Origin: the human T2T-CHM13v2.0 reference genome, Homo sapiens
Length of the DNA: 64,000 nucleotides
NCBI RefSeq assembly: GCF_009914755.1
Contig: NC_060936.1
Reading direction: 5' to 3' (one strand)
In this document: one piece after another, positions 40,959-53,659 of the stretch
How positions within the stretch are numbered: the first letter of the stretch is position 1
Layout: each line of letters opens with the position of its first letter
The notes under the pieces: model-generated
What the model saw: the letters and a program-made list of their open reading frames with translations, nothing else
Told to the model about the DNA's origin: nothing
Database searches by the model: none
Translations under genes and position numbers: made by a program

Positions 40959-41569
40959 TGGGGAAGGAGTTTTTAAGGAAGTTGAGAGAGATTTGGGGGG
41001 AGGAGGGATTATTCTTTCCCTCTTAAATCTTGGATCCAAGGAACTTGTGTTTGTTAGAAAGAAGAGTCGTGATGCCTTTTGTCCCAAGGACTTCACTTGA
41101 CATTAAATAGCTACCTGAACTGGAGCACACAGTTCACACTCACATGTGCACATGGTACAGGCTGAACCACTGCCATCGCTCTTGCTTCCCCCAGGACTTC
41201 ACCCTGCCTAGGCTCCCAGCCAGTGGAATCTCTGACATCCACGGGCCTTCCTGGGCACAATCAGTGCTTGTTACTATTAGAGTCCTCTCCTGATCACCTG
41301 CGGGATACACTCAGCCTTGACATGGTTTCTGCTTTGCTTGTGACAGTGGTGCACAGCTCAGCCTCCTCTCTCCAGTGAAGCCACCCATTCTTAAAGAGTG
41401 CCCAAAGCTGCATTATAGCTCTGCTGTCTGTCTTCCCTCCTTTAGCCTCCCACAGCCTTCTTCAAAATCTATTTGAAAATAATCTTATCTCCTCTACATC
41501 TCCCAGACCGTCTGAAGCACTGTTGCTTAAAGGAATGAGCTCCAACTTTGGGGAAAGACAAGCATCCTT

Positions 41570-41950
41570 TTGGAGCAGGGCTTGGCCACTTGCTAGCTGT
41601 GTGACTTTTGGTGGGTAACTTGACCTCTCTGAGCTTCAACTTCTTCTTCTGTGAAACAGGGTGGATGTGAATGTTACAGGGTGACATGGCCAAAGCATCT
41701 AGTATGGTGTCTGGCACATGGTGGGGAGTTGTTATTTTTAATGCACCCCCTTCATTTTCTGATATGTGCACAGCTTGCACTAGCACAGAGTTAATTTAGC
41801 TTATGCTGCCATTTTATGTATGTGTTTTATGAGCCAGCACTTTGTTAGTCACTTTCAATAGAGGTTATCTCATTTAACCCTCCCAACTGTTTGTGTGATG
41901 TCGATGCTATTTTCTCCATTTTCTAGATAGAATAACTGAGGCTAGAGACC
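41570..41950. mobile_element. Two MIRs tail-to-tail (+ about 41570-41730, - about 41805-41950)
   Basis: ctagctgtgtgactttt...ctctctgagcttcaac; ctcatttaaccctcccaa...tccattttctagatag...actgaggct. Confidence 0.75.
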
Positions 41951-41977
41951 AGGCATGTGAAACGGGGTTCTCTAAGG

Positions 41978-42397
41978 ACTCCACTAGCCCCTTTCCATCC
42001 CCTCCCACATCTGCTTCATGCTTATTTGCTTATCTCAAGGGAGATGACACAAATGAGAAGACACAATCCCTGTCCTCAGAGAGCCCAGAGTCCAGGAAAA
42101 CCAAGAATGTCAGCAAGAACTCTAACCAAGCTTCAGGGAAAACAGACTCAGGTGCCTGTGGGCTGATCAGGCATGGCAGTGTACAGCAGGTGGTGAGGCA
42201 GTAGAGAAGGCATGGGCCCAGGTCCTCCAAGATGAGCTTCATGTAGCCTTGGACAACATGGGCACCAGAATAAAGGTCAATGGACCAAGAATCAAGGGGA
42301 GGAGAATTCCATATGGAGAGCCAAATGCACCCTCAAGAGACATAAGCAAATAAGCATGAAGCAGATGTGGGAGGGGATGGAAACGGGCTAGCGGAGT
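41978..42397. repeat. Inverted repeat, 56-bp arms (41978-42033 / 42342-42397), 54/56 identical, 308-nt spacer
   Basis: actccactagcccctttccatcccctcccacatctgcttcatgcttatttgcttat versus ataagcaaataagcatgaagcagatgtgggaggggatggaaacgggctagcggagt. Confidence 0.97.
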
Positions 42398-43149
42398 ACT
42401 CAGCACCAGCAGAATGTGTGTGCTGGGATGGGGGTTCCGGGCTCAGGAATGGATTAAAAGGAAACCCATAGCTCTGTTGTCAAGGAGCTTGCAGTTTGAT
42501 TGGTGGGAAGTTGAGCATTGAGAGAGAGAGAGAGAGAGAGGAGAGAGAATTGCATACACTTGCATGAGGGCAGGGACTGTGCTTTTCAATTTCTATTGGA
42601 GCGTCTTGCCTGTAGCATGCAATGCATCCCAGGTCTCTGGCCTGGCAAGTTCCTCAACCAAGTCACCTCTATGGAGAGCAGGAGGCAGCAAAGACTTGCA
42701 GACTTGCAGGCAAGTCAAGGGGCAGAAGTTGCTTTCTGCTTCTCAAGGTGAGAGGTGCAGGCCTTTGCTGGGGCACTTCTGGGAGGCTCCTTTTTGTGGC
42801 TAAGCTACCTGCCAACAAGGATGATTTCTCCAGGTATAAAGCTTTACACTAAGTTATGAGGGAGGCAGAAAAATGAGAAGACACAATCCCTGTCCTCAGA
42901 GAGCCCAGAGTCCAGGAAAGCCAAGAATGTCAACAAGAACCCTAACCAACCTTCAGGGAAAACAGACTCAAACACCTGTGGGCCGACTGGGCATGACAGT
43001 GTACAGCGGGTGGCAGGGAAGTGGAGAAAGGGTGAGCCAGGGTCCTCCAAGATGAGCTTCATATAGCTTTGGACGACACAGGCACTAGAATGGAAGGAAA
43101 TGGGCCAAAAATCAAGGGGAGAAGAATTCCATACGGAGAGCCAAATGCA
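42051..43149 (+). repeat. Non-tandem direct duplication of 279 bp (42051-42329 / 42871-43149) of L2-derived sequence
   Basis: Ungapped manual alignment, offset 820, 40 mismatches (about 86% identity). Confidence 0.96.
42519..42549. repeat. (GA)n microsatellite
   Basis: Direct reading. Confidence 0.9.
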
Positions 43150-43774
43150 GCCTTTTAAAAATTAGGGCCACAATAGAGAAAAGGGAGGAGGAAGAGGGGA
43201 AAGGTATGAGGGAGAAATCAATATCCTGACTGTATTGGCAAGAAGCTGGTAGGTCTATTAAGCGACCCAGAGGATCCTGGTGACAAAGTGAAGTGACAGT
43301 TTGGAGAAGTGAAAACACAAAACAAAACCACGGGCTCTGGGCTTGACTTCAAGTCCTGCTGTTGGTGTTGGCCATCCAGTCATGGACAAGTCACTTACCT
43401 CTCGGCCTCTATCTCCTCTCCTTGACCATTGGGTAATGGCACCCACCTTGCAGGTCAGTGAGAAAGAAAGGAGCTTGCTTCAGGGTGACCTTTGTCCTTT
43501 CCAGAGCTGTGGAATCCAGCCAGGTGTGGTGTTCCTCTACTATGACCTGACCCAGTTCTGACCCAGTTAAGAAGTATAAAATACAAGCCAACTTTACATC
43601 CCTTTCCTGTTTTTTGTTTGTTTGTTTTTTTGTTTGTTTTTAAATTAGAACAATTCTTGAAGTAGGCATCTCATTTTTGAATGGTAAACTGAGGCGCAGT
43701 CAAGCGTACCAATGGCCTTTATCCCACACTGTGTAGGAATTGAAGCGCTGGGATGCAGCCTTCCTGCTCCAGAC

Positions 43775-43951
43775 CTGAGGGCTTTGCATCCGAATGTGCC
43801 TGAGAATTCCCTGGGGCCCAGTGAAGAGCTGGTTCTTTGGACCCACCCAGAGGAGGGTGCAGACTTGGAATGGGGCTAGAGTCTTCATTGCTCATATGCT
43901 CTCCGGGGTCTTCTGACCCAGGGGGCCCAGGGACCACACTTGAGAGCCTTT
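43775..43951. mobile_element. MER5A-like MITE, diverged
   Basis: gagaattccctgggg...ttctttggacccacccaga...ggaatggggctagagtc...cagggaccacacttgagag. Confidence 0.6.
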
Positions 43952-45122
43952 GCTTTAGACCCCATATGTTCTTCCTTCATCTGTGGTCCTTCCTCTCTCA
44001 TGACACAGAGCATCTTTCACGGATGCTCTCTTTTTCTGCCCTGCCCAGGCTCCTGGCCCCAGCATGTTCTGGTGGCACTCTCTGAAAACCCCTGCCCTGG
44101 CCATCTGTCATGGCCAGAGGCGGCCAATGGATGGGGTCCAGGCTGGTGAGCTGCCTACATTGCCAAGAGGGGACCCTTGGAGGGCTTATAGGCGGCTGAG
44201 CCAGGGACTCTGGATCTTGCCCTTCTCTCTTTCCCCCATGGTGAGGTGCTTGGGGCAAGGCTGAGCCAGAACTTCCCTGGAACTTCTCTGCTGAGCATGA
44301 CTTGGCCGCCCTCTTTCCCTGAGCCTTCTGCTTCGGGGCGCTAATCTTACTTCCTCTGGCATTAGTCTCCCAGTCTCTTGCCTCCCTTGAGCTCTCTTGC
44401 TCTTTCTCCCAATCTCCTGTCTGATCTCACCCCACTGCGATCCCCAGCACCCAGCCTGCCAGAATGGAGCTGGGAGGCAGTGACTAATGTGCTTGGAGGT
44501 GAGTCATCTACTAAATATAAAAACCCACTCACATCCCTGGATGCAAAAGATTCCGAGAGACTCCGTGTCCTTCCCCCTAAATCCACCCTTCCTCAGGGGA
44601 CTGAGAGAAGTTGATTCGTGAACAGAAAACAAATGCCAAGGAGCAGCCACAGCAGCATCATCTCATTGCCCTCAGCTCCTCCCGCAGATCTCTAAAGGCA
44701 GGAATTTCCCTGTCTCTCTAGTTGCTCTAGAAGGAAGGAGTAGGGTTGGGAAGACCGTGATCCCCACCCTCCGTGGAGTTACGAAGGCAGCAAAATTGAT
44801 CTTCAGGACCTCTCCCTCTCTTCTTTCTGCCCACTTTCTTGTTTAGGAGACCTCAGACTGCCCAGCCTCCTGCAAATGTAAAGATGAGTCTTTTAAATAC
44901 ATTGATATCTTGCAGGTCTTGGCCGTGCCTCACTGTATGTGATTGAATTGATGGGTTTCAGGTATGGGCCCTACCTTTGGACAGGTGCCCTCCCTTAGGG
45001 TCATTCAGTTCCCGCTACAGAGAGTGCATCTTGCTGGGCTTGACTGCTGTGAGTCTTTGTTCACATGGGAATAGGGGTCCTCTGTGCATGCGTGCATGTG
45101 TGTGTGTAATACCACGTATAGA

Positions 45123-45425
45123 TTTATTTTTATTTTTTTATTTTTGTGTGTACATAGTTGGTGTATATGTTTATGGAGTGCACTTGATGAAGGTATACAA
45201 TGCGTCGTGGTCACAGGTCAGGGTAAAATGGGGCATCCATCACCTCAGGCATTTACCCTTTGTGTTACAAACAATCTAATTATACTATTTTAGTTATTTT
45301 TAAATGTACAATTGAATTAATATTGACTACAGTCACTCTGTTGTGGTATCAAATACTGGATCTTACTCATTCTTTCTAACTATTTTTTGTACCCATTAAC
45401 CATCCCCACTTCCCCCTTGCCACCC
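45123..45425 (-). mobile_element. L1MA2/3-like 3' end
   Basis: tttttgtgtgtacatagttggtgtatatg...ccatcacctcaggcattta...tttgtgttacaaacaatc...tttttgtacccattaacc. Confidence 0.85.
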
Positions 45426-48400
45426 AACCGCAGGACTTGAAGTCTGAAAAGCTGAGTTCTAGTCCTCAGACAGGAACTAACTTCCTCTGTGACTTTAGAC
45501 AAGTGTCTTCACCTCTCTGGGCTTCATCCTCCTAAAATCTGTTTGTAATGGAGTCTTACTAAATGCTCTTGGAGGCCTAGCCCATCCCTTTCTGTAATCA
45601 CCACATACCCTTTGCTTACATGGAGGGTGGTCTGAAGGTCTCTCTCTGGGGAAGAAGCACAGGTGGCCTCCCTGGCCATGTGCCTCACAGGTATGTACCT
45701 GTGCACACATGCGATGTGGGGAAAACACCAACTGATGGCCTGACAAGCATTCACTCTCATATCCATGGTGCAGTCACTGCAGCCTGGAACAAAGAGAAAA
45801 CGCAGTTCTCACCTTTCGAGGACTGTGATCTGAAATCGGATGGCACATCTTCTCATGTGAAATGTGAACTTGATTCCCTCTCCATCTTTTCATTTTTCTT
45901 TCTCTTTATGTTTTTCCATTCTCAGGCTTTTTGAAAGGCAGAGGAAAGACCATTTCAGTGGAGGTTAGAAGGTATGAGTAGTAATACAGGGAGATAGAAA
46001 AAGACGAAGAAGAAATGTGACAAATAAGCATTGTGCCTCTAGACTCCACAGGACTAAGCTCTGGTCTCTGCTGGGCCACTGTGTGACTTTAGACCCAGCG
46101 CCTGCCCTCTCTGGGCATGCACTGAACAGGAGGGCTTGAATGAGGTTTCCTTTAGCCAAAACATTCTAAAATTATGAGGTTACACAATTGAGGCATGGAG
46201 GAGAGAGAACCAGCCCTTGGGTGATGCTTACCATGAATGAACAATCTAAAAAGTCCCTGAGGATGAGCATCACTTTATTTTTAATAACTAAAATAATAAG
46301 TCATTCTTCTTTTGGCTCATTCAAAATGTATTTGTCTAGTGCCAATGAGTTTCAAACCTCCAAAGCGGCTGCCTGTCATAGGTGGGGTCTTTGTGGATGG
46401 GTCGCATGCCGCACTAAATGTTATGGAATTACCAGAGCAGACTGGCACATAAGCATTTCCTGATGCCATCAATGAGGTTTCTGAGAAGTGGTTTGCTCAG
46501 GTCGCATGGCTAACTTGTGGCCCAGCCCTACAGAGGACAATTACTTCCTGCTCTCCGTGAAGCTGGGCCAGTCTTTACCCTGTGGATCAACGAGGTTTAC
46601 TCAGCAGGCCCTCGTCCTCTCTGACTTGGGGATGGGGAGAGTGAAGAGCTAGTAACCTTCTCCCAACCTTTATGCATCCTGGTAGATCTGTGGCTAGGCA
46701 AAATGTGCTTCCCTCTGGAACCTGCTTCTCTGGAACACAGCTCCTAGGTGGCAGTATTGGTGAAGGGATCTACACAGCTTGCTGTGTACACTGCCTCAAG
46801 GGGCACCACTGGCGTGCATTCTGTCTGGAGGCTCCATGGTTCTGCTCTGTGCCCCCCTCACCTCTCTGGTAACGATGCTCAGGGAATTTCAGGGTCCACC
46901 TTGCTGTCCTGGGACAGAGTCCTGGTGGTGATCTGGAGGTCCAGGGCACAGAGGAAGCAGAATGCTTTTTATCTGTGTCTAGATTTCTCCTTTTTCCTCC
47001 TACTGGTAGCCCCAGCAGAAGCCACCTGGAACTTAGCTCTCCAATTCACACATTGAAAGACACTTTGAGGGGTCACCTGGATTCCTTCCCCCAACCCAGG
47101 GAGAAGATCCAGACTCATTCAATGACCACAGCCTCTGAGGGCAGAGGAGGACAAGCTGCTGCCCTCGGGTGGCCTGGACTTCCCACTCCGAGTGAGTGGC
47201 TACAGCTGCAGCAGGCTCTGCAGTCCTCTTTGCATTCACATGCTCTTCCCTCTTCCCCTCAGCAGGGGCTGTGGCCGCCTCTTTCAGGGTCAGAGAGTCC
47301 TCTGGCTCCCCTTGCAGAGGCAAGAGAAAGAGGATCACAGCATTTTCATGCTCTGGAGCAACAGTGACCTGTATATCTGGAGGCTCTGGAGAGCTATTTT
47401 GTCAAAACTGAGCAAGCATGCCACCAGTTCCTTCATCCGGCAACATTTTTGAGCACCTACTATGTGCCAGCCATTTTCCCCATGCTGAAAATGCACTTGG
47501 TCACAGCAGGAGGCCTCTGTGTATTGTGAACTCATGAATGAGACCCAGCCCCGGGAGGTGCGTACCCATGTGCTCCTGTCAATCTGGCTGATAGTGCATG
47601 GCAAAACTCAGAGCAGCAATCTCCTGGCCTTCCTCCTCTGCCCCAGTTAATTAGGGAGAATAGTGCTGTGACCTACTCACAGTGGTGAACAAGAGAAGGT
47701 TTGGGGGACTTCGAGTGCCTTAGAGAAAGAAGCACCCACCTACAAAGTGTTTCCTGCAATTGCAGCAGGAAAGGCAACTATGATGGCTTGAGCCCAGTTA
47801 AGAGCAGACACCTCAGATAAAGAAATGGGATGCTGTCTTCCCAGGGAGAGAGAAGCCTATGCCTCAGCTGGTCAGGAGAATACAGGCTTGCTGCAAGTTG
47901 GTTCTACCCAGTGTGGGCTGCTAGGGAGGTTGAGCAGTTCAGAGACATGGAGCCCCACGGCCACTGTGTCTCCTGGGAACACAAACCTGGCTCCTAGCAC
48001 GAGAAGCAGCAATGGAGAAGGGAGAACTCTGTGGCTGCAGGTGCTCTGTGACTCTGCCCTCCGAGGAGCCCATGGTTGGCCTGGGAGCCTTTGCCTCGTA
48101 GAGCCTCATCCTAACATTGAGGTCATCTCCAAGCTACCGAGTGAAAGAAGTATACCCCAATGCAAGCAGCGTTAGCACCCAGCATTTGCATTCTGTGCAT
48201 GGCTGCTCTTCCCATCATCGGGGGCTGAACTGCTCAGGTTCATGGACACCCACCTCGCAGCTCCCTGCTAGGGCCTAGGACAGTGCTGGTGCCTAGCCAA
48301 GTCCATTTCTGTTGCATTGAATTGAAATGAGTTAGGGGCTGAGGGGAAAAAAAAAAGAAAAAGGCTTGTGATTTGTCCCATGGAAACTCATGTTATTCTT

Positions 48401-49587
48401 GCCAAAATCTTTGAAAAAGAGAAGCAGAGTGTGCACATTTTTTAAGGGTTACAGTCTTGTTTTTTTTTTACATCTCAGACTTTTCACATCAGGCCTAAGA
48501 GGAGCAGGCTAATGGGTATCTTGGAGGGCTGGATGAAGGGTAGCGGGGTCATGGCCACCCCCTCTGCAGGGCAGGAACCAGAGCAACAGAAGTAACAGAG
48601 AAATAGAAGAGCCTGGACATGTGCTGGTCTTTAGGGGAATCAGGAGATGGAGGAACAGTGTGGCCCCTCCTCTTATCCTCTGGTCATGGGATGCAGTGGC
48701 CTGTGGTCAGCACGCGGCAGGCACTTCTTCATCTGGCCCTGCCTTTTTTCCTCGGCTCCAGAATGGGGAATGAGCCACCACTCTTTGTAGATTTGTTGTG
48801 AGAATACAATGAGAAGTTGTGATAGTCAACGAAGTTCTTTACGTGTGTTGATCCATCCTGGAGCTTCACTACCTTTTCCACAATACCAGGGTTTGCTCAT
48901 TTTCCAAAGCCCCAGTGTCCTTATAATTGGTGGTCCCATGGGGGGAACTGCAGGAACCATGAAGCCAGTTCACCCTGTGCCAGAGCCCTGGCTTTGTCAT
49001 GCACCAGCTATGTAACTGTGGGCAAGTTTACCACTCATTACAAGTTAACGTGTTAACTTGTAATCATCATACTCACTTTGCAGAAGTGCCTGGAGGACCA
49101 TCTGAGCAGAGACATGTAGGCAAGCACCCAGGACAGGTTGGCTGGACTGACCTGTATCTCACATACACTCCTGGGCATGCACTGAGGCCCTCCTCTTGTT
49201 TCAACTCTTCAGGCCTGCTTCTTCAGGCAGTTTTTGGGTTAGGAACATTTACCTTCCTCATTTTGCGGAGCAGGGTGCAAGCCTGTCTTTCCAAAAGGTG
49301 ACGTTGCCTGGGTCAGAACACGCAGAGCGCTGGGAGCCCTTAGTTTGGGCGTCCCCACTGCAGGGACAGCCAAGGAAGTGAGGACAACTCCTGTTTCAAT
49401 CTTCATACCCTGGGTGAGGATACGGAACTTGCATTTTATGCCTTTTCTCTACTTGGTACCTCAGTGGCGACCTCTGAGTTAGAGGTGTCACAACAGGGCC
49501 AGTTAGTTTCTGTTCATCAGGAAGCCCAAGGTGCCTTTGGAGCCCGGGTGGCAGAACTGACTGGCGTTGGCTGAATCCATGGGTCGC

Positions 49588-49606
49588 CTCTGTCCTCTAG
49601 TGGCGA
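49588..49606 (-). promoter_or_regulatory. Candidate CTCF motif (tcgCCACTAGAGGaCAgag)
   Basis: Core matches CCASYAGRKGGCRS except at one position; motif only. Confidence 0.4.
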
Positions 49607-49794
49607 GAGAGGGAAAGGCATTGGCCACTCCGGGCCAGGCTTGCCAACCAGATTCAATTGCCTTTGAGTGATGGTGTGTATTTGGTCACCTGGAAACCTA
49701 GCAGCACCAGGCAGCACAAACCCAAGCAAGGCCAACACACAGAAGTCATCACAGAACACATTCCAGGCCTGGGGTAGAGGGTTTCACTCACCTG

Positions 49795-49900
49795 TTTATT
49801 TGTTCATTCATTTATTCATTCAACAAATATTTATGGAGTGTCTGCTATGTGTGGGCATGGCTCTAGGAAGTAGATCAAGACAGTGATCAAAACAGGCAAT
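49795..49900 (-). mobile_element. L2 3' end, truncated by the L1 insertion
   Basis: ttcattcatttattcattcaacaaatatttatggagtgtctgctatgtg. Confidence 0.85.
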
Positions 49901-50047
49901 GAGGCAGTGACGTCATTGGCAAGATGGCAGAAAAGGACTTTTCAGCACTTGCCCCTTCACTGAAACATGAATTTGAACAACAATCTGTGCACGAAAATAC
50001 CTTCAGAAGAGCTCAGGAATCTGGGTGATAGATTACAGTACCTGATT

Positions 50048-50650
50048 AGTCAGTGTGGCGATTCCTCAGGGATCTAGAACTAGAAATACCATTTGACCCA
50101 GCCATCCCATTACTGGGTATATACCCAAAGGACTATAAATCATGCTGCTGTAAAGACACATGCACACGTACGTTTCTTGCGGCACTATTCACAATAGCAA
50201 AGACTTGGAACCAACCCAAATGTCCAACAATGATAGACTGGATTAAGAAAATGTGGCACATATACACCATGGAATACTATGCAGCCATAAAAATAATGAG
50301 TTCATGTCCTTTGTAGGGACATGGATGAAATTGGAAATCATCATTCTCAGTAATCTATCACAAGGACAAAAAACCAAACACCGCATGTTCTCACTCATAG
50401 GTGGGAATTGAACAATGAGTACACATGGACACAGGAAAGGGAACATCACACTCTGGGGACTGTTGTGGGGTGGGGGGAGGGGGGAGGGATAGCATTAGGA
50501 GATATACCTAATGCTAAATGACGAGTTAATGGGTGCAGCACACCAGCATGGCACATGTATTCATATGTAACTGACCTGCACATTGTGCACATGTACCCTA
50601 AAACTTAAAGTGAAATAATAATAATAAAATAAAATGAAATAAAATAAAAA
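50048..50650 (+). mobile_element. Young 5'-truncated L1 (L1PA3-like): ORF2 C-terminus, 3'UTR and A-rich tail
   Basis: ORF 50053-50316 WRFLRDLELEIPFDPAIPLLGIYPKDYKSCC is L1 ORF2p C-terminus (frameshifted); diagnostics caaggacaaaaaacc, cgcatgttc; G-rich 3'UTR tract. Confidence 0.93.
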
Positions 50651-50842
50651 AGAAAAGACACATTGAAGGCAGTAGGAAGGACAGCTTCAGATTACCTGTG
50701 TCCTCACACCCCCAAGCCTATGCAGGGCATCACCGAGAGATACCTTCTACGTGGAGGAAAGAGAGCGAAGTGACCGCCAGTTTCACTGTGGACCCTAGTG
50801 CTAGGCTAGCCCTTATGAATCCAGGATCCTGGAGTCTAATAA

Positions 50843-51244
50843 TGTTAACAGAAAAACATTAAACAGATTAAATTTAATAGAGTTTAATTGAGCAAATAAC
50901 AAAAATTCATGAATCAGTCAGTCCTCAGACCAAATAGGTTCAGAGAACTCCAGGCTGCAACATGGTCAGGTAGCATTTATGGACAGAAAATGGAAGGGAG
51001 GTGCAGAGACCAGTTGATGGGTTATGGCTTCATTTGTCTTATTTGAGCATGTTCTTATCAGTTGGCCCCCTGCAACTGACTGAAGCTCAGCTGCTGAGAC
51101 TGGCTGAGACTCAGTTACCTGTTATAAAATTATACTCCTAAGTTAGGCTTGCAGTTAGTTTCCATCCTATGTTAGGTTGAAGTTAATTAAAGAGGGACTC
51201 AAAGTGCAGAGGCATTGTCAGACCAAATTTAATTTAATTTAACA
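50843..51244 (-). mobile_element. ERV1 solo LTR, MER93-like
   Basis: TGTTAA...TTAACA termini; ggctgagactcag, ctccctaagttagg, caaatttaatttaatttaaca; near-TSD ataa/atag. Confidence 0.75.
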
Positions 51245-52230
51245 ATAGAGTGGTTAAGCGTATTTGGGGGGGAAAAAGATCCAACTATATGCTGCCTAAA
51301 AGAGAGTCACTTCAGCTTTAAAGATACATATAGGTTGAAAGTGAAGAGATGGAAAAAGGTATTCCATACAAATGGTAACCAAAAAGGGGAGTGGGGTGGT
51401 TATTCCAAAATCAGATAAATTAGATTTTAAGTGAAAAACTGTCACAAGAAATAAAAAAGTTTTATCCTACGTATAATGATAAAGGGATAAACTCATCAAA
51501 AGCATATAACAATGATAAATACGTATGCACCCAACATTAGAGCACCTAAGTACATAAAGAAAATATTTTAAAAATTAAAGGGGGAAATAGACAGAAATAC
51601 AATAATAGTAGGAGACTTCCATACTTCACTTTCAACAATGAATAGATCTTCCAGATGGAAAGTCAGTAGGAAACGGTGGACTTGGACAACACTATAGACC
51701 AAATGGACCTAACAGGCACATACAGAACATTCCATCCAACAGCAGCAGAATTATGCACACACAGAGAGCATTATGCAGAATAGAGGGAGACATCACACTA
51801 CCTGATTTCAAAATATTCTACAAAGCAATAGTAATCATGACAGTATAATACTGGCATGAAAATAGACATATAGACCAATGGAACAGAATAGAGAACCCAG
51901 AAATAAATCTATTCATTTTCAGTCAATTGCTCTTTGACAAAGTTGCCAAGAATATACAAGGTGGGAAATATATTCTTTTCAATAAAGTGTGTGGGAACAA
52001 CTGGATATTCACATGCAGAAGAATAAAACTGAACCATTTTCTCACACCATATAAAAAATCAACTCAAAATGCATTAAAAACATAAAAGTAAGATGTGAAA
52101 CTACTAGAAGAAAACATAGAGAAAAAGCTTTTTGACATTCATCTGGGCAATGATTTTTTGGATATGACCAGAAAAGCACAGGCAACAAAAGCAAAAATAA
52201 ATGGAATTGCATAAAACTAAAAAGCTTCTG

Positions 52231-52574
<344 letters not shown>

Positions 52575-52655
52575 CTATAAAGTGGGAGAAAATATTTTCA
52601 AACCATACATCTGACAAGAAGTTAATATTCAGGCTATATCAGAAACTCAACTTAA

Positions 52656-53046
52656 GGCTGGGTGCAGTGGCTCATGCCTGTAAACCCAATACTTTTGGAG
52701 GCTTAGGAGGATGGATTCCTTGAGTCCAGGTGTCTGAGATCAGCCTGGGCAACATGGTGAAACCCCATCTCTACAAAAATTACAAAAATTAGCTGGGCAT
52801 GGTGGTGCATGTCTGTAGTCCCAGCTACTTGAAAGGATGAGGTGGGAGGATCACTTGAGCCCCGGAGGCAGAGGCTACAGTGAGCCAAGTTCAATCCACT
52901 GCACTCCAGCCTGGGTGACAGAGTGAGACTGTCAAAAAAACAAAACAAAACAAGAACAAAAAACAAAAAACAAAACAAAAACAAAAACAAAAAAACAAAA
53001 GCAAAAACAAACAAACAAAAAACCCACAACCCCCCCCAAAAGAAAC
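52656..53046 (+). mobile_element. AluJb-like with about 110-bp (A)nC microsatellite tail
   Basis: J diagnostics ggtgggaggatcacttgagcc; near-TSD aactcaact(t/c)aa. Confidence 0.92.
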
Positions 53047-53233
53047 AACTCAACTCAATAGCAAGAAAACAAATGATCTGATTAAGAAAATAGGCAAAGT
53101 ACTTGAATAGATATCTTTCAAAAGAAGACACACAAATGGCCAAGAGATATACAAAAAAATGCTCACTATCACTTATCATGAGAAAAATGCAAATCAAAAT
53201 TACAATGGGATATTACCTTACACCTTACACCTA

Positions 53234-53659
<426 letters not shown>

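Noticed and set aside
41978-42397. Pack-type DNA transposon (TIRs capturing a neighbouring fragment)
   Set aside because: No target-site duplication, termini unlike hAT/Tc1-mariner ends, and the right arm appears to be part of the underlying L2 remnant.
47750-47772. Quasi-palindrome tttcctgc-aattgca-gcaggaaa and similar 7-8-bp dyads (4622-4647, 42701-42716)
   Set aside because: Arm lengths are within chance expectation for a window this size.
50053-50316. ORF with real protein similarity
   Set aside because: Frameshifted C-terminal fragment of L1 ORF2p in a truncated element, not a host gene.
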